A DNA stretch of 64,000 nucleotides, taken from Tubulanus polymorphus (lineage: Eukaryota > Animalia > Nemertea). Location of the stretch: positions 30,732,299 to 30,796,298 of the forward strand of contig NC_134025.1 in assembly GCF_964204645.1 (NCBI RefSeq), read 5' to 3'. Each line of letters starts with the position of its first letter. The stretch's first letter is position 1. Below are positions 63,648-64,000 of this stretch, piece by piece. The translations under genes were made by a program, and so were the position numbers. The notes under the pieces are model-generated. The model worked only from the letters and a program-made list of their open reading frames with translations, was not told where the DNA came from and ran no database searches.

Positions 63648-64000
63648 GTAATGTACTACATTAACATAGATTATGAATGACTGCTGCGCTGGTAATAGTA
63701 AATTACGATAACAAGTTTACATTGATCTACTTTCACTTTTAATGTTTATAAAAAGTATTATATTGTTCGTCCTTGGAACCAGTTTTATAGATTTGCGTCC
63801 ATAATTTATCTCCCTAAACTGTTACAAGTTTTTAATTTTTTTTAAATTAACCATATGATGTCTGCTCTGATTAGCTGTTATATGACAGGTTTTTGATTAT
63901 TAGAAGATAGATAAACATGGATAGGATCGATGTTTGTTGCAGTAACCAGAACTACAACATGTTGCAAATCTCATAAAAATGATAAACTCCAAAATCAATT

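Overview
AT-rich, intron-containing eukaryotic DNA from a gene-dense animal genome, probably a marine invertebrate (inferred from gene content, short GT-AG introns and MITE load; the taxon cannot be fixed from sequence alone). There are no operons, CRISPR arrays or rRNA. Gene order: NDC80 (-, runs off the left edge); TAB2/3 (+); an uncharacterised RWD/UBC-like + RING-H2 gene (-); a ~10 kb gene-poor, repeat-rich island; WEE1 (+); LANCL3 (-); AMBRA1 (+); ALDH16A1 (-), with an intronless class A GPCR nested antisense in its large intron; PIH1D1 (+); UFSP1-like (-); and the first coding exon of TYMP (+). Most genes sit in head-to-head pairs. Most notable observations: (1) a ~245-bp palindrome with back-to-back minimal hammerhead-ribozyme motifs and a flanking 11-bp direct repeat (Penelope-like); (2) an intronic minisatellite with about 27 perfect let-7 8mer sites on the + strand; (3) the ALDH16A1-PIH1D1 head-to-head pair, an arrangement also known in human; (4) a 16x [10 protein letters not shown] repeat in AMBRA1; (5) an unnamed RWD-RING-H2 E3-like gene; (6) minisatellites seeded from MITE parts. 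Exon coordinates were read by eye and may be off by a few bases.
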